A DNA stretch of 64,000 bases. Source: Lepidodermella squamata. Taxonomy: Eukaryota > Animalia > Gastrotricha. Position numbers and translations under genes: made by a program. The first letter of the stretch is position 1. Every line of letters starts with the position of its first letter. Below are positions 10,972 through 23,397 of this stretch, piece after piece. The notes under the pieces are model-generated. The model had not been told where the DNA came from. It did not search any database and was given only the letters and a program-made list of their open reading frames with translations. The stretch spans positions 3,596,001 to 3,660,000 of the forward strand of contig JBLDXI010000042.1 in the NCBI GenBank assembly GCA_047495785.1, written 5' to 3'.

Positions 10972-12044
10972 ATGCAGCTCACTTTGCTTCTCGCTTCGAT
11001 TTTTCTGGTCAGCCTCGTAGCCTGCGAGGAAAAATGGCAAGAGCGCGAGAAATCGACCGAAGATTGGCAACTCGGCGATCAAAAGCTGTCCGAAGTCATC
11101 AAGGAGCGGAAGAAGTTTGACAAACTCGACGTTGAAGACAAGCAGAAAAAGCTGAACGAAAAATCGGAGACCTTACTCGCCCAGGTGATGGTTGATTTCT
11201 ACGAGAAGAACCCGGAGACGAAATTTCAACGCCAGTGCTTCGACGAGAAAATCGTAGCCGGCCGCGATTCGATTGATTTCGTCATCGATCTAGCGCCGAG
11301 TCCGTCGTCGGATAAACTCGACAAATCGCTGGCTGAATCGCCGCTGAGTTACTTCCTCGAAGAGGTCGCCCGCCGGCCGTCTCGGGCCTATTTCGGCGCT
11401 GTTGAGGTGTTCATCGAAGCAGTCACGCTGGACATGAAACCGGCGACTACGCACTCTGTTATTTGGGACAACAATCGCAAATTGTTCATCTGCGGCCGGT
11501 CACGTGACGAGCCGATTCAAAAGCACAAATTCGACGATGAAGACCGCCATTTGCAAACGCTGTGGCCGGCTAAGACCAAAACAATTTCCATGTCGTGCTT
11601 CAGGAATATTGTCAAGAATAACCTGGGTCACGTGACGAAAATGGCTCTCTGGAACCGCGACAACGGCATCCCAACAGGTAATTGAAATTTCAAGTTTGAA
11701 CATTTTTTAAGTTTGATTTAAAAAAGTTCAATTTTAATTTTTTAATTGATTTTAATTTTTTCATTTCAGTTTTGAAATCGACGAGACATTCCAAGCCTTT
11801 TTACACCATTGTTATTACTGATGGCGCTTCCGGGGCGAAAATTACCGATTTGACGGATGATTTGTCGCGAACAACAGTTATCGATATTGGCAATCGGCGA
11901 TTTTTGAAGAACATGGACTGGAGCGAGTTGAAGCAACTCGGCGGTCACTTTTTCACCTTTGCATCGCCCATCAAACTGCCGTCACTCATTGACACGTGCC
12001 GCGTCATTGCTTGCCGCTTCGCTTCACACCGAAATGAAAAATAA
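10972..12044 (+). CDS. Secreted protein with a degenerate von Willebrand A-like domain, 2 exons
   Basis: Signal peptide. Intron 11678-11769 keeps the frame. VWA-like strands IDFVIDLAPS, TIVITDG and VIDIG..ELKQL..FFTF. Confidence 0.7.
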
Positions 12045-12652
12045 TAATCGACTGCGAACGAACGATTTTTTTTTAACGAATTTGTTGCTTCTTTATAGTG
12101 TAACTCATAGGTAATATCGGTGATAAAATGCGACTAATAAACATTTTTTTGACAATTTGGAATCACTAAAGCGTTTTTATTGAGACATTTTTGAAAGCGT
12201 GCACAAAATTACGAAAAACTTCCAAATTTTTAAAATTGAATCGAATTTTACGAATTTTTCGGCCTTGAGTTTAATATCGAAAAATTCCTATCAACTTTTT
12301 CAAAAAATTTAGTTGTAATTTTTTGTGATTTTTTTCCGGCATTTACAGGTATAAAACTCAGTCGTGACTTATATCACGTTATAAATATTTCCTTCAAATT
12401 TGCCTCTATTATATAGGAATTCGATATAGGCACTTCGATATTAAATTGAAGACCAACAAATTCGTAAAATTCGATTTATATGTATTAGGATTTGAGCAAT
12501 TTCACAGCTGAGACAGTACGTTTCATTAGTCCATTTACGACGACCTGGAGCTTTATATCTTATCAGGTTGATAATTATAGATAATGGTACAAACTGAAGA
12601 CAATTTGTGAAGTTATCTATAAGTCCCTTGCTTTCAGGAAAACCATCCCAAA

Positions 12653-13921
12653 ATGCGTATAAAACTCTTTAATTTTTTGATAATTTTGAGCAGCTCCCTA
12701 AAATTAGGTGATTCATCACCGGTAATAAATTGGTGGACAGCTTATGGAGGCGGCAATGACCACACTGGTTTTATCAACGAGACATTCGGCCCTTCAGCCA
12801 CAAACCTGGTCGAAACTTGGCGAGTCAATACAACAACCGGAGAGCCTTTATCCAGCTATTCAAGCCCGGTTATATACCAAGGGTTGGTCTATACCACGTT
12901 AGGAATCGTTAACGGGAATCCTTATATACCCGCGATTTTGTACGCCTATGATGAAATAACTGGCCGATTGATGAATTCAATAATGCTGGAGGATTTAGCC
13001 TCAGACATCGGACCTCCGACAATCGACGCGAATGGCAGTTTGATCTACGTAATGGTAACCGGGGAAGATCAAGGAATCACCCTATTCACCATTGATAGAC
13101 TCAGCTTTTCGATTAGATGGAACACAACTGTTGAATCGGCCTGGCCTAGGTACCCATTCGGGGTCGCTAGTTCGAAATCACTCGGCCTAGTTTATTTACC
13201 CGGCGGTTATTATTCCGGCGATCTATTCGGGCTGAATTCAACAAATGGTTCGATCAATTTTAAAATTCATTTATCCGACAACGACTACTGGGCCCCGGCT
13301 GTTTACCAGGATAAACGCGTGTTTTGGAGCACCAACACCGGGGTTCAGCAGCAAGGCGCGATCGGGGAGGTAAATTCGACGAATGGCACGATTTTATGGT
13401 CGGTTAAACTGGCTTCGGCCTGGTTCGGCTACGACGCTTATTGGGTTCCAGTTGTTTCTCGAGACATCGCATTAGCCGTAACTTTCCTATCCTACAACGT
13501 CCAAACTACGGGCTTAGTCGCTGTTAATATCACGAAAAATCCTCCCGAAGTCATTTGGACGACCCCTGAAACTTGCCAATGGGGTTGGAATGACGCTTCC
13601 CCAGCAACTGATGGCATCAGGGTCTACCAATCCTGCGCGGATGGAGTTCGGGTTTTCGATCTATTCTCAGGTGAACCGCTACCCTCGCTAGTTCCCTGTG
13701 ATGGCTGCTACGCGCAACCTGTGATTACAGCTGATTTTATTTTTGTGAGATCTAACACCGGAATCAGGGTGTTTGATAAAGCTACCAGGGCTGGTGTTGC
13801 ATGGTACTGGACGAATATGCCGATTTATTATTTAGCTTACAGGAACAGTACGCTTTTTGCATCTTCTGGAACAACCATGCTTGCTTTTCGTGGCTATCCA
13901 AAAAATAATTTGATAATATAA
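12653..13921 (+). CDS. Secreted PQQ-like / BamB-like beta-propeller protein, intronless
   Basis: Signal peptide, W.AYGGG..HTG start motif, repeated blades (SSPVIYQGLVY, LYAYDEITG, LFGLNSTNG, VNSTNGTILW, VFDLFSG) and ten N-X-S/T sequons. Confidence 0.8.
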   Translation: MRIKLFNFLIILSSSLKLGDSSPVINWWTAYGGGNDHTGFINETFGPSATNLVETWRVNTTTGEPLSSYSSPVIYQGLVYTTLGIVNGNPYIPAILYAYDEITGRLMNSIMLEDLASDIGPPTIDANGSLIYVMVTGEDQGITLFTIDRLSFSIRWNTTVESAWPRYPFGVASSKSLGLVYLPGGYYSGDLFGLNSTNGSINFKIHLSDNDYWAPAVYQDKRVFWSTNTGVQQQGAIGEVNSTNGTILWSVKLASAWFGYDAYWVPVVSRDIALAVTFLSYNVQTTGLVAVNITKNPPEVIWTTPETCQWGWNDASPATDGIRVYQSCADGVRVFDLFSGEPLPSLVPCDGCYAQPVITADFIFVRSNTGIRVFDKATRAGVAWYWTNMPIYYLAYRNSTLFASSGTTMLAFRGYPKNNLII

Positions 13922-14793
13922 AATGTGAAAAATGAGGTATATTCATATCGGAAAATATCTAATTCCATTGGTCATGAAATCGGCAAATGAGCCCCTTAAA
14001 CTTCCACGGTTACCCAGTCACGTCTTAATTTGCCAAAAATCAGGCAAAAATCAGAAAAATTCGCTGAATTTACAGAACAATTTTCAATAAACTGTACGAC
14101 CTTAGGTTTTAATTTCAGAATTTTTTGAGCGAAAGCTGATTTTTTACCGTGGAAAATGAAGTCATTATCCAAAATTGCGGTGTGTTTTGACCTTTAATCT
14201 AGGATTATTTCCAACTCAGATTTCCAACTGGTTCCAATATACAATGAAAACGGCAAAATAATTCTCGCAGCTAGTCAAGACCCGACTTTTATAATTTTGG
14301 GAAAACGCCGAATCTTCCCGTGGTCTCAGATTATTTGACACCTTTTATACCTTTAGCCCAAAGAAAAGAATGCAAAATAATGTTTCACACTTTGAGATGG
14401 CTCCCGAGTTTGTTTGCCTTGAGAAAACAGTGCCGAAAATTCAAGCACGTGTCCTATTATACTACTACAAGCCGGCGACGGCACGCGTCTATAGAAATAC
14501 AGAGTGCGTAAAGAAGGAAAATAACCGGCAAATAATCGTTCGCGCACACACACTGTGTATTGATCCATGTCCTTAAATCGGTCAAAAAAAACCGCACACT
14601 CTCCTATACACAGCCCTTTTCTACACACTTTACAATGCGAGCCTTTGCTTATATATTACACAACACAGCAGTTAACCTCATAATACTGATAACATTTAAA
14701 TAACGCACGGCCTATAATGGGTCAAAATAAATGAAATTTACCCGTTTTGAGACGTATAAAAGCATCTTATATTTGCCTGACCTGTTTATTAGT

Positions 14794-16044
14794 ATGCATT
14801 TTTTGGTCAGAAGCATTTTACAAGCTCCTAGATTGACTCATTTCAGTCGATTACTGTCTACTACCTCTTCGCAAGCTTCATCAAAGTGTCAAATTTTAGT
14901 GAAAAAGCCTGTTTTTACTTTGCTGATTCAACGTGCTAAAATGGCTACTGCAACTCCAACTGGTCCGACAAATTTTACCGACACGATCTCGAGCAGCCAT
15001 CCGACTTACAAGCCGGAGAAGGACCGATATGTCCTGTATTTCTCCTATGCTTGTCCATGGGTAAATTATAAAAAAAAATTATCACAATTTTCTGAAATAT
15101 TCTCGTTGGCAAAATTAATTAAATTAATTGATTTAAAATTATTCAAATTTTACCAATTTTGTATAAATTAATTTATATTTATGAATAATTTTACTAATTT
15201 TTTATTAATTTTTTTGCAGGCTCACCGAACTTTGATCACGCGGAAATTGAAGAAGCTCGATGACTACATTCGCCTGATCCCAGTTGATCCGGTTTTCCAT
15301 GCTGAACAACCTCTTTGGCAATTCAGCTCAGCTTATCCAGACCCACTTTTCAACTCAAAGTTCTTGAAAGACATCTACCTCTTAGCTAGCCCGAACTACG
15401 CCGGCCGCTTTTCAGTGCCGGTTCTGTTCGACTTGAAAACTAAAACAATTGTCAACAACGAATCGGCTGATATCATCCGAGTTTTCAACACGGGCTTCAA
15501 CGATGTCCTGCCCAAGCCGACGATTGATTTGTACCCGGAGGCTTTGCGTGGCAAAATCGACGAGTTGAACGAATGGATTTTCTCCGACATCAACCGGGGT
15601 GTCTACAAGGCTGGAATGTTCGGCCACTTTTGCAAGTCTCAAAATGACTACGACGTGAACTCGAAGGCGGTTTTCGATGGGCTCGATCGAATTGAACAAA
15701 TTTTGTCGAAGCAGCCGTATTTAGCCGGCAATGTTATCACCGAAGCTGATATTCGTCTTTTGACAACAATTCTACGATTTTCGACCGTGTACGAATGCCA
15801 TTTCAAGTGTAACCTGAAGTCGCTGCGGAGCGATTTGGACTATCCGCATATTTTCAACTGGACTAAGGTGATGTATCAACTGCCGGGTGTTGCTGAGACG
15901 GTTAAGCAGGATCACATCAAGCCGCATTACTACATGTCGCAGAGGGTGGTCAACCCTTCGCAATTGGTTCCGGCTTACAACGGCCCGGATTGGTCCAAGC
16001 CGGAGAAGCACGTCGACGACTCGCATTTCGCCTGGTTCAAGTGA
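14794..16044 (+). CDS. Glutathionyl-hydroquinone reductase copy 2, 2 exons, with a possible N-terminal mitochondrial presequence (second ATG at 14941)
   Basis: Intron 15061-15219 is at the same YACPW|AHRT position as in copy 1. TATAAAAG at about 14755. High identity to copy 1. Confidence 0.93.
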
Positions 16045-16939
16045 GAGAATGTTGGAAAATTACAGCGAAGTTCGGCAATCTTCTGATAAAACTTTCTGAG
16101 ATGTCGTTTGATAATGCTGTCCTTTAATTGGTTTTCATCTAAATCACTTCGTTAAATTGAATGACAAAATTTCTGTAATAAATAATGGCGTTATTACTTC
16201 CAGATTTTCTCTTCACGAACGCTCAAGGAATTTCTCGGAATTTTACTGGTGAATATAGTTAGGGTCAGAAATATCGGAAATTCAGAGACACACTGAAGTA
16301 AAATTTTCTAGTTTTTCTGAAATATTTCTGAAAGCTCCTGACTCGAAAATCATTGTTTTTTCCATTATGTCTGATTTTTGGGAAATCAGAAAAAATATGC
16401 CGGTTTCTGATGGCTGTGAATTCGCAATTTCCACAGATTATGCTTAATTGCAGGAGTATCGGTATTAAAAAAATTCTGAAGTGACGATTCTATGCCGAGA
16501 CTGTGCAGGCTTACTAGGACCAATGAGATGCACATCCAGACAAATTATCAAGCCAGGAGACCCTACAGGTAACGAGAACGAACCCCTTGACGACCGTTGC
16601 TATGATTTGGCGTGGGTTTTATTTTTGGAATTTTGCCGCCTCACGCGCCATCATTACGTCTCTGAAAAATTGCCGAAAAGTAGCTTTGGGACATTGAAAA
16701 AATGGGTTTGGCTGTCGTCGGCGAATTTAGACACGGAATGACCCTTGTTAAAGTTTAAAATGTTTTTATTAACTCGTTAATTAAAGGTAAAAACGCATTA
16801 TTGTTTACACTAGTGATAAACATCTGGGTTTTCGCCAAGGTGCCCCGCAAAATAACATGCTTATTCAATGGAGATTGCTTCATGGCAAAATAAATTTATT
16901 TTTAACATTTTGCATCTCTACTATAAAGGATAAATAAAA

Positions 16940-18594
16940 ATGGAATTAGGGATTTTATCGATCATTTTTATATTAAATTGCGCAATCACTCGTGCGTGTC
17001 CTGTGTCATCGACGACGACGACGACGCCTACCGCCCTCAAAGTCACGGCCTGCCCGAGCGTAGCCACGTGCCAATCCGGGCAGATTGTACATCCACTTGT
17101 ACATCCACTTTTTCGAAGGTATTTATCGTCGAGTAGTTGTGTAAAAAAGGAGATTCCAACTAAGCATCCATTGACAGAGTTACCTAAAATGTCGCTTTCA
17201 AAAATCGGGAACTAATGGCTTGAAGAGCGATGTTACCTTGTGCAGTTCTGATGGCGATTGCACCCATTTCAGAGATACTGTAAGGAATTGCGTAAAGAAT
17301 ATCGCGTTAATTTTCGAAAGTGTTCCAGGTCAGCGCATCTCCGACCTAATCGAGCATGGCAGAGTGCTGCGCTTCCTTGGCGCCCGGTTTCTACTTCGAC
17401 ACTTTCATCCAGAAAAGCACCGGCAAGCAGATAAGCGTTAACATTCAAAATGACTTGAAGTAAAAACGATCGGCGGCTGCGGCGCCGTTCTACTGCATCA
17501 GTATGCCATACACAAAAGATCTGTCCTCTGATGGAACAGATCTATCTCTAGCAGATGCTAGGCAGGTAATTATTCAGAAAATGTAGAATTGAAAAGTCAC
17601 GCAAGCATAACAGAGCAACTGTCCTATGCTGTCCCATTTTCTAGAATTAACAAAAAATCAATATAATTCAGACTTCACGTTTCTAAATTCTAAGCTTTTT
17701 AGCTGCGAAGCGTTTTTCGACAAGGGCTTCCAGTAATATCAAGTTGCAAAAGATTCAATGTTGCCCATGCAGGTTGACCTAGTTGAACCCAGCGAACTGA
17801 GTAGATTTGTCCCTTTTTATTATATAGAAATATTATAGCACTATAATAATAATTTATTTCCAACTTCCAAACGCAACAGTTTTCTCATTTCAAGGACCTT
17901 TTTGATAAGCCTTATATCATTGGGTAGCTCTGAGTTTCGGAGTTGTCTTGCAGGTGAATTTTTGGGTCGCCCACTTCTGAAGCTCATCTGGAAATGAAAA
18001 TTTGGAGCTGTGTAGAAGACTTCATTGCCCGCAAACCTATGGTGTTTATATCGAAAAATCTGTCATCCGATGCCTGAGCTTCCCGAAATTCCGAGGTGAA
18101 CAAAAAAAACACACCAAAGAAAATAGCGATTTTTTGAAAACATGTTTTCAGGACCCACTTCAGAACGCAATAACTTTCTTGTTTTACGTAAAATCTGAAC
18201 AAACTTTATATCAAAATGTAGCTCATAGAAGTGTAAAAATAAGAATCGAATGCTCCTATGAAACGCGCGCATAAAAAAATTAGTCACATGAAAGTTTCCT
18301 GAAGGTTGCTGGTTTTCGATTCAGCATGTTGAAATTTCACAGCTGACTTGGAAAATTCATTGCAATAATTTTATAATTTTCCCACCTGTGCGGTGCTTAT
18401 TACATGTTTAATTTTTTAGCGTGTATTATGGAATTTATATTCTATTGAGATGGTCAAATTAAAATTAAACATATATTTTTTCAGGAATTTACGTCGTTTG
18501 CCGCTTGCTGCGGCGCAAAACGGCCGGAACAACCAACAGTTATCGTTCGGTATCAGACCGAGATTTGCTAACTGTCAAATGTAGTACACCATGA
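16940..18594 (+). pseudogene. Cys-rich secreted protein family, copy A (disrupted)
   Basis: Paralog of 20413-21842. Exon 1 diverges at a 12-bp tandem duplication near 17086. In-frame TAA at 17461, where copy B has TAC. Confidence 0.7.
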
Positions 18595-19277
18595 TTACGA
18601 TGATACGGAAATACATTAAGAGTTAATAATCTGAAATTTAATTTATGCGAATTTTAGATACTAAAGTATAAGTTTGAATTATAAGATTTAACTTTCGGAA
18701 GACGCTGCTGTCAGAAAACAGGACGGTAAATTTTCATTGTTTCCTTCCACCATCGCAACATCAATAATTCGACTTCTGTGACATTTTCAGACCCGCAGTG
18801 ATGGCCTTGTTCCGGAATACAAACAGGGTCAATTTTTAATTTCGCATTCTGGATCCTCGCTTAGCACGCGGATCAGGTTCTTCACAAAAAAAGCTGGGCG
18901 CCTGCAGGCTTTCTTGTCCAGCTATGATCGTGGTTTGGCATAGGCAGCTTAATATTCAACTCTTCTTCATCTCCTCTGAAACCACCCCAGACAGGCTCCT
19001 AGGATGATTGTAGATTGCGCTCTGGTTGTAGCCTTGTTTTCAGCTAGTCGAGTTGGTTAGCAGGTTGCCGACTTCCAGTGTGTGATTGGTCTTCTTACTT
19101 GGTTTGCCGTAGATAACAGGATACTTTTAAGCCAAAAAATTTCCGTTAGCCCTGTTACAGTCTGGGGGTGATATATAGATTTGTATAGATATAGATTGCA
19201 AGCGAATCGAAAACTTCGCGAAAAATTGTAGCGTGAAAAGTTTTGGAAGCTGATGGGGATTCAGCCGAAAGTTAATA

Positions 19278-20205
19278 CCGTCAGTTGGGGCTATCCGGAC
19301 GGCGAAAAAAAATTACCCCCTGATTTTTTTGCATTTTTACACGTTTCAGAAGGTCCTGATTCCAATGGAACCAGGATTCCGAATAGCCCCACGGATCGGG
19401 CTATTCGGACAGGTGTGGGGCTATTAATGATACATAAATACTCAATTCAAATATTACTGATATGTTGTGCTCGGTGGTCGAGTGGCTTTGGATGAGCTCC
19501 TAGAAAGCATAGCAAAGTACGAAAGCAGGGTTCGAGCCCACGCCGCGAAACAATTTTTTGTCCGCAAAAACTTTCGATTATTTTTATGCACAACGATTTA
19601 AGCAATATAGTGCACTGATTTCTAGTTGAATTATTTAATTAATTAATCAATTGACTTGTCGTATTGCACGTAAAATTAGTCTTTTGCAGCCCTTCCAGTT
19701 TATTCAAAAGTTTAAAAAGCTAATGAATTCAAAGACCACTTTAATCAGAGAGGAACTTTTGAACAACGCAGCTCATTAGCATATTCAAAATGATACACCG
19801 AATAGCCCCACAACATCATTTTTTCGTGGGGCTAAAAGGACGCAATTAATTAGACAAAAGTATTAGTCGGATCGGGGCGTTTTCAATTTTCATGGGTGCC
19901 CTAGCGTCTGTAGATTCAGGAAAAATTGGGCGCAGGCCCAGCAAAATTCTCTTCGGGACCAGGTAATTCAACGCAGAACAGTGCCTAAACTGAGTTAAAC
20001 TTACACCTGAAAGGTAAGCTCATTTCTTCACAACCACTTACTCTCAGGTCATGAAATTTTTACGGTATGTGGGTCGTCTTTCCACCTAACTCCGTGCAAA
20101 ATTTCATTGCCAACGGCCGGGTAGTTTTTGAGCCATGCCCATTCTCCTGTTTGCATGAACATTTGTCCGAATAGCCCCAATGACCCAGATTACCCCAAAT
20201 GACGG
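19278..20205. mobile_element. pogo/Tc1-type MITE with an internal Pol III A/B-box unit
   Basis: TIR CCGTCA(G/T)TTGGGG at both ends with flanking TA. Internal CCGAATAGCCCC repeats. A box at 19475, B box at 19529, T6 at 19554. Confidence 0.7.
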
Positions 20206-20412
20206 TACGGTTAAAAACAGTAAAATGCTTTTTATTTACTATTTATTTACAAGTTGCATGTTACCAATTGTTTACCAATGATAACCATCGGCGTTTTTTT
20301 GACGAAGCAAAGCACAAAATAACATGCTTATGCAATGGAGATTACAGCATGACAAAATAGTTTATTTTTTTAATTTGGGCATCTAAATTTGCTTAGAAAT
20401 ATATAATATCAA

Positions 20413-21842
20413 ATGAATTTTGGAATTTTATCGATTATCGCTATTTTAAATTTCGCTATCACTCATGCGTGTCCAAGCGTGACGACATCGACCCCGACGC
20501 CTGCCGCCCTTCGAGTAACAGGCTGTCCAAGCGTGGCCACGTGTTCATCCGGGCAGAGCTGCTACCCATCGACGGCAACTTGCGGCTACGGTTTCGCGTG
20601 CCAATCGAATAGCACAGAGCTATGCCGCAATTCGGCGCAATTTTGCACGCCGACATTTCCAAAGGTGACCTATACCTGACATCAAACAACTGATTTATCC
20701 GTTGTACCTTGAATTTTTTACAGACGTATAAGCAATGCACCATTGCAAAAACGGCTGGCATGATGGCAGATATTACCATCTGCACTTCCGATGGGGATTG
20801 CAGCAATTTCGCGGACGTAATTGATTTTGAAATTTCCCTCTCGTCTCTGACCTAACTAACAAAATTACAAAAATACCGAAGTATTTTTGAAAGCAGTTTC
20901 ACATCCTTCCGTTATGATTTTAGCACCGTTTTAGCAAGGCAAGCGATTTATCTTTCTTTGAAAACACCGAAATATTAAATTGAGGGATTCGAAAACGTCT
21001 GATGAATCGGTAACAAAGTGTCCGTACGAATTGGGGAACATTTTTCAATAGATTTCCTTTCAAAACCTATCCACCGTAGTTAAATAAAGGAAACTTCGCC
21101 ATCTGGGGGTTTCAAAGGTGATGCTGAACAAGAATCTTTCACAAAAAACATTGCGTCAAAATGTTTGATGGGCAGAGTGCCATGATTCATCAGAAGTTTT
21201 CAAGTAAAGACCTTATTACAGCTATTTTCTTTCATTTCAAGGGGGTAACTACAGGAAGTGACTTCTATTCAAGCATGGCGGATTGTTGCAATTCGTTGAC
21301 GCCTGGTTTCTACTACGACACCTTCATTTCATCGAAACCAGGCTCAGTCGGGAAGCAGATGGGTGTTTGCATCAAAAATGACGTCAAATACAAACGATCA
21401 GCCGACCCTCCAGCGGCGTTCTACTGCAGTAGTATCCCGAAAAAGAAAGACGATGGATCAGCAGATTTAGCTGGAACAGCGGTGAGTATTTTTATAGTTT
21501 ATATATTATATTTAGGAAAGGTTTGTTAGCATTCGGGAGAAACTAGGGATTATTTTCTCCCAGATTGGAATTAGCTCACAGCAATTCAATTAAATAATCT
21601 AAAAGGGATGATCGAACCATTGACAGACAGAATTTCTTATAGGAATCGAGTGAACGAAAATGTTGTTAGCTTCGAAAATCTTGATCCGTGCCATGGCGAA
21701 GAAACTGCATAGCAAGTTAATTTTTCAGGAATATACGTCATTCGCTGCGTGCTGTGGCGCAACGGCTACGACAACTTACTCGTATTCAACTATTGCAGAA
21801 CGAAATTTAGTCTACGTGAAATGCTCCACGCCGGCAGCTTGA
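20413..21842 (+). CDS. Cys-rich secreted protein family, copy B, 4 exons
   Basis: Exons 20413-20664, 20724-20816, 21242-21481 and 21729-21842, all phase 0. Signal peptide, CPSVATC module and two Y.S...CC modules. Confidence 0.8.
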
Positions 21843-21936
21843 ATAACTGACATCCAAATAAGAATTGATAGTTCGCGAGAAAAAAGCTATTATCTCAAAT
21901 GTGTTTTGGTCAATTTTTAGACATTTGCAAACAATT

Positions 21937-23315
21937 ATGCCTCATTTGGAGATTACTTTGACGCTATTCATTGCAAGTGCTTCGCTCTTGCTTGCAGTAG
22001 TCGATTCGTGCCCGGCTTCTCTGACGTATTCAGTGTCAAAAATCACGTGCCCGTCAGTATCAGCGTGCCCCTCCGATCAAAAATGCGCCGCTTCGGCGTC
22101 ATCGTGCCCTACTGGGCAAGTCTGCCGGTCGACTACGGCCGATTTGTGCTCAATAGACCAGCCAACTAGATCCTGCCAAAGCACCGGAACGGTAATAACT
22201 GATGTTCCACAATTTAACTTGATTTATTTCGACTCAAATTTGCAGTTCAAGCCTTGTACAATTGCGGCCAAAGGTCAAGTAAAAGCTGCCATCAAGTTAT
22301 GTGTCGCAACTGGAACTTGCGCTGGAATAGGAGCTGTCGATGCGGTAGGGTAACTTTTCTCGCGCTCGAGTCTCGAATAACATTTTCAAATATCCGCGCT
22401 CAACAAATTCAAAATTTACCATTTACTATTTTATTAGTTATTAGTTATTAATAATTTCAACTTTAAAACTTTAAATTTTGAATAGTTGATCATCGATTAT
22501 CGATTATCGATTTTGAGCCGATCGGTTGATGATTGAAGTGATTTTTGAAACCAGCATACCCTGATTGCATTTACTGGAACTCTGCCGTGAAAAAGCATGG
22601 TTATCGATTATCGATTATAGGTGAAAATCAATCACCTCCTAGGCTATGGGAAACCGGTCGGTCTGATAACGCCCGTCTGATCATGAATAACTGAGAAAAT
22701 ATCACCGTTCATGAGAAAATAGGTTTGGAATTTCAGGCCTAAATGGGACATTGACTCGGACGAGCCCATATTCTAGTATTAAAGGAGGCGGTCTAAATAT
22801 TTGGTTAAAAATGACTATATAATATCATGTGTGTTGGGCTTTAGGATTAATACTCGTAACCAATCGAATCTCCTTCAAATCTCTGAAAAATTCAACCCTT
22901 TCCACTTTTTTCCAGTCAGACTCGCCGTCATACAATTCATTTATATCATGTTGCGCTTCGATCAGCAGTTTAAGCGCAACTTATGACATCCTGTGGCTGA
23001 GTGGCACCGACAAAACGGCGATTAATTATTGCTTCCCAAGTACCCTGAAATACCGCCGGGCATCGCCAACAACGTCTGGATGCGTTCGATTTCCGGAAGC
23101 AACTTCCGCTGATTCAGATACCATCCCAGCAGCGGTGAATAGTTGACATCAAATTTTCGTAATATTTTTTCAAGATATTTTTTTTCAAGACTGGTTACGA
23201 TAATTACTACACATGCTGCAACGCTCCGACTTTGACGGCTTATTCTAAAGGAGCAACTGCGACAATAACAGCGTCATCAGTTACTTTCACCGTTGACAAA
23301 TGCACGGCTCCTTGA
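21937..23315 (+). CDS. Cys-rich secreted protein family, copy C, 4 exons
   Basis: MPHLEITLTLFIASASLLLAVVDSCP signal. Same exon architecture and Cys spacing as copy B (CPSVSAC, YNSFISCC, YYTCC, KCTAP*). Confidence 0.75.
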
Positions 23316-23397
23316 AATTTATCATCAATAAATAGTATTTTATTTAGCGGAAATAATCATTCGATTTTTTAGGTCAAGCTGTGAATGAAAATGAGAG

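Noticed and set aside
18820-19110. Possible caspase-like remnant on the minus strand (IILGACLG; FFVKNLIRVL)
   Set aside because: The motifs are in different frames with stops; too weak to call without a profile search.
19467-19560. Functional tRNA gene (also considered for 48174-48256)
   Set aside because: A and B boxes are present but acceptor and anticodon stems do not form, so these were treated as tRNA-derived repeats.
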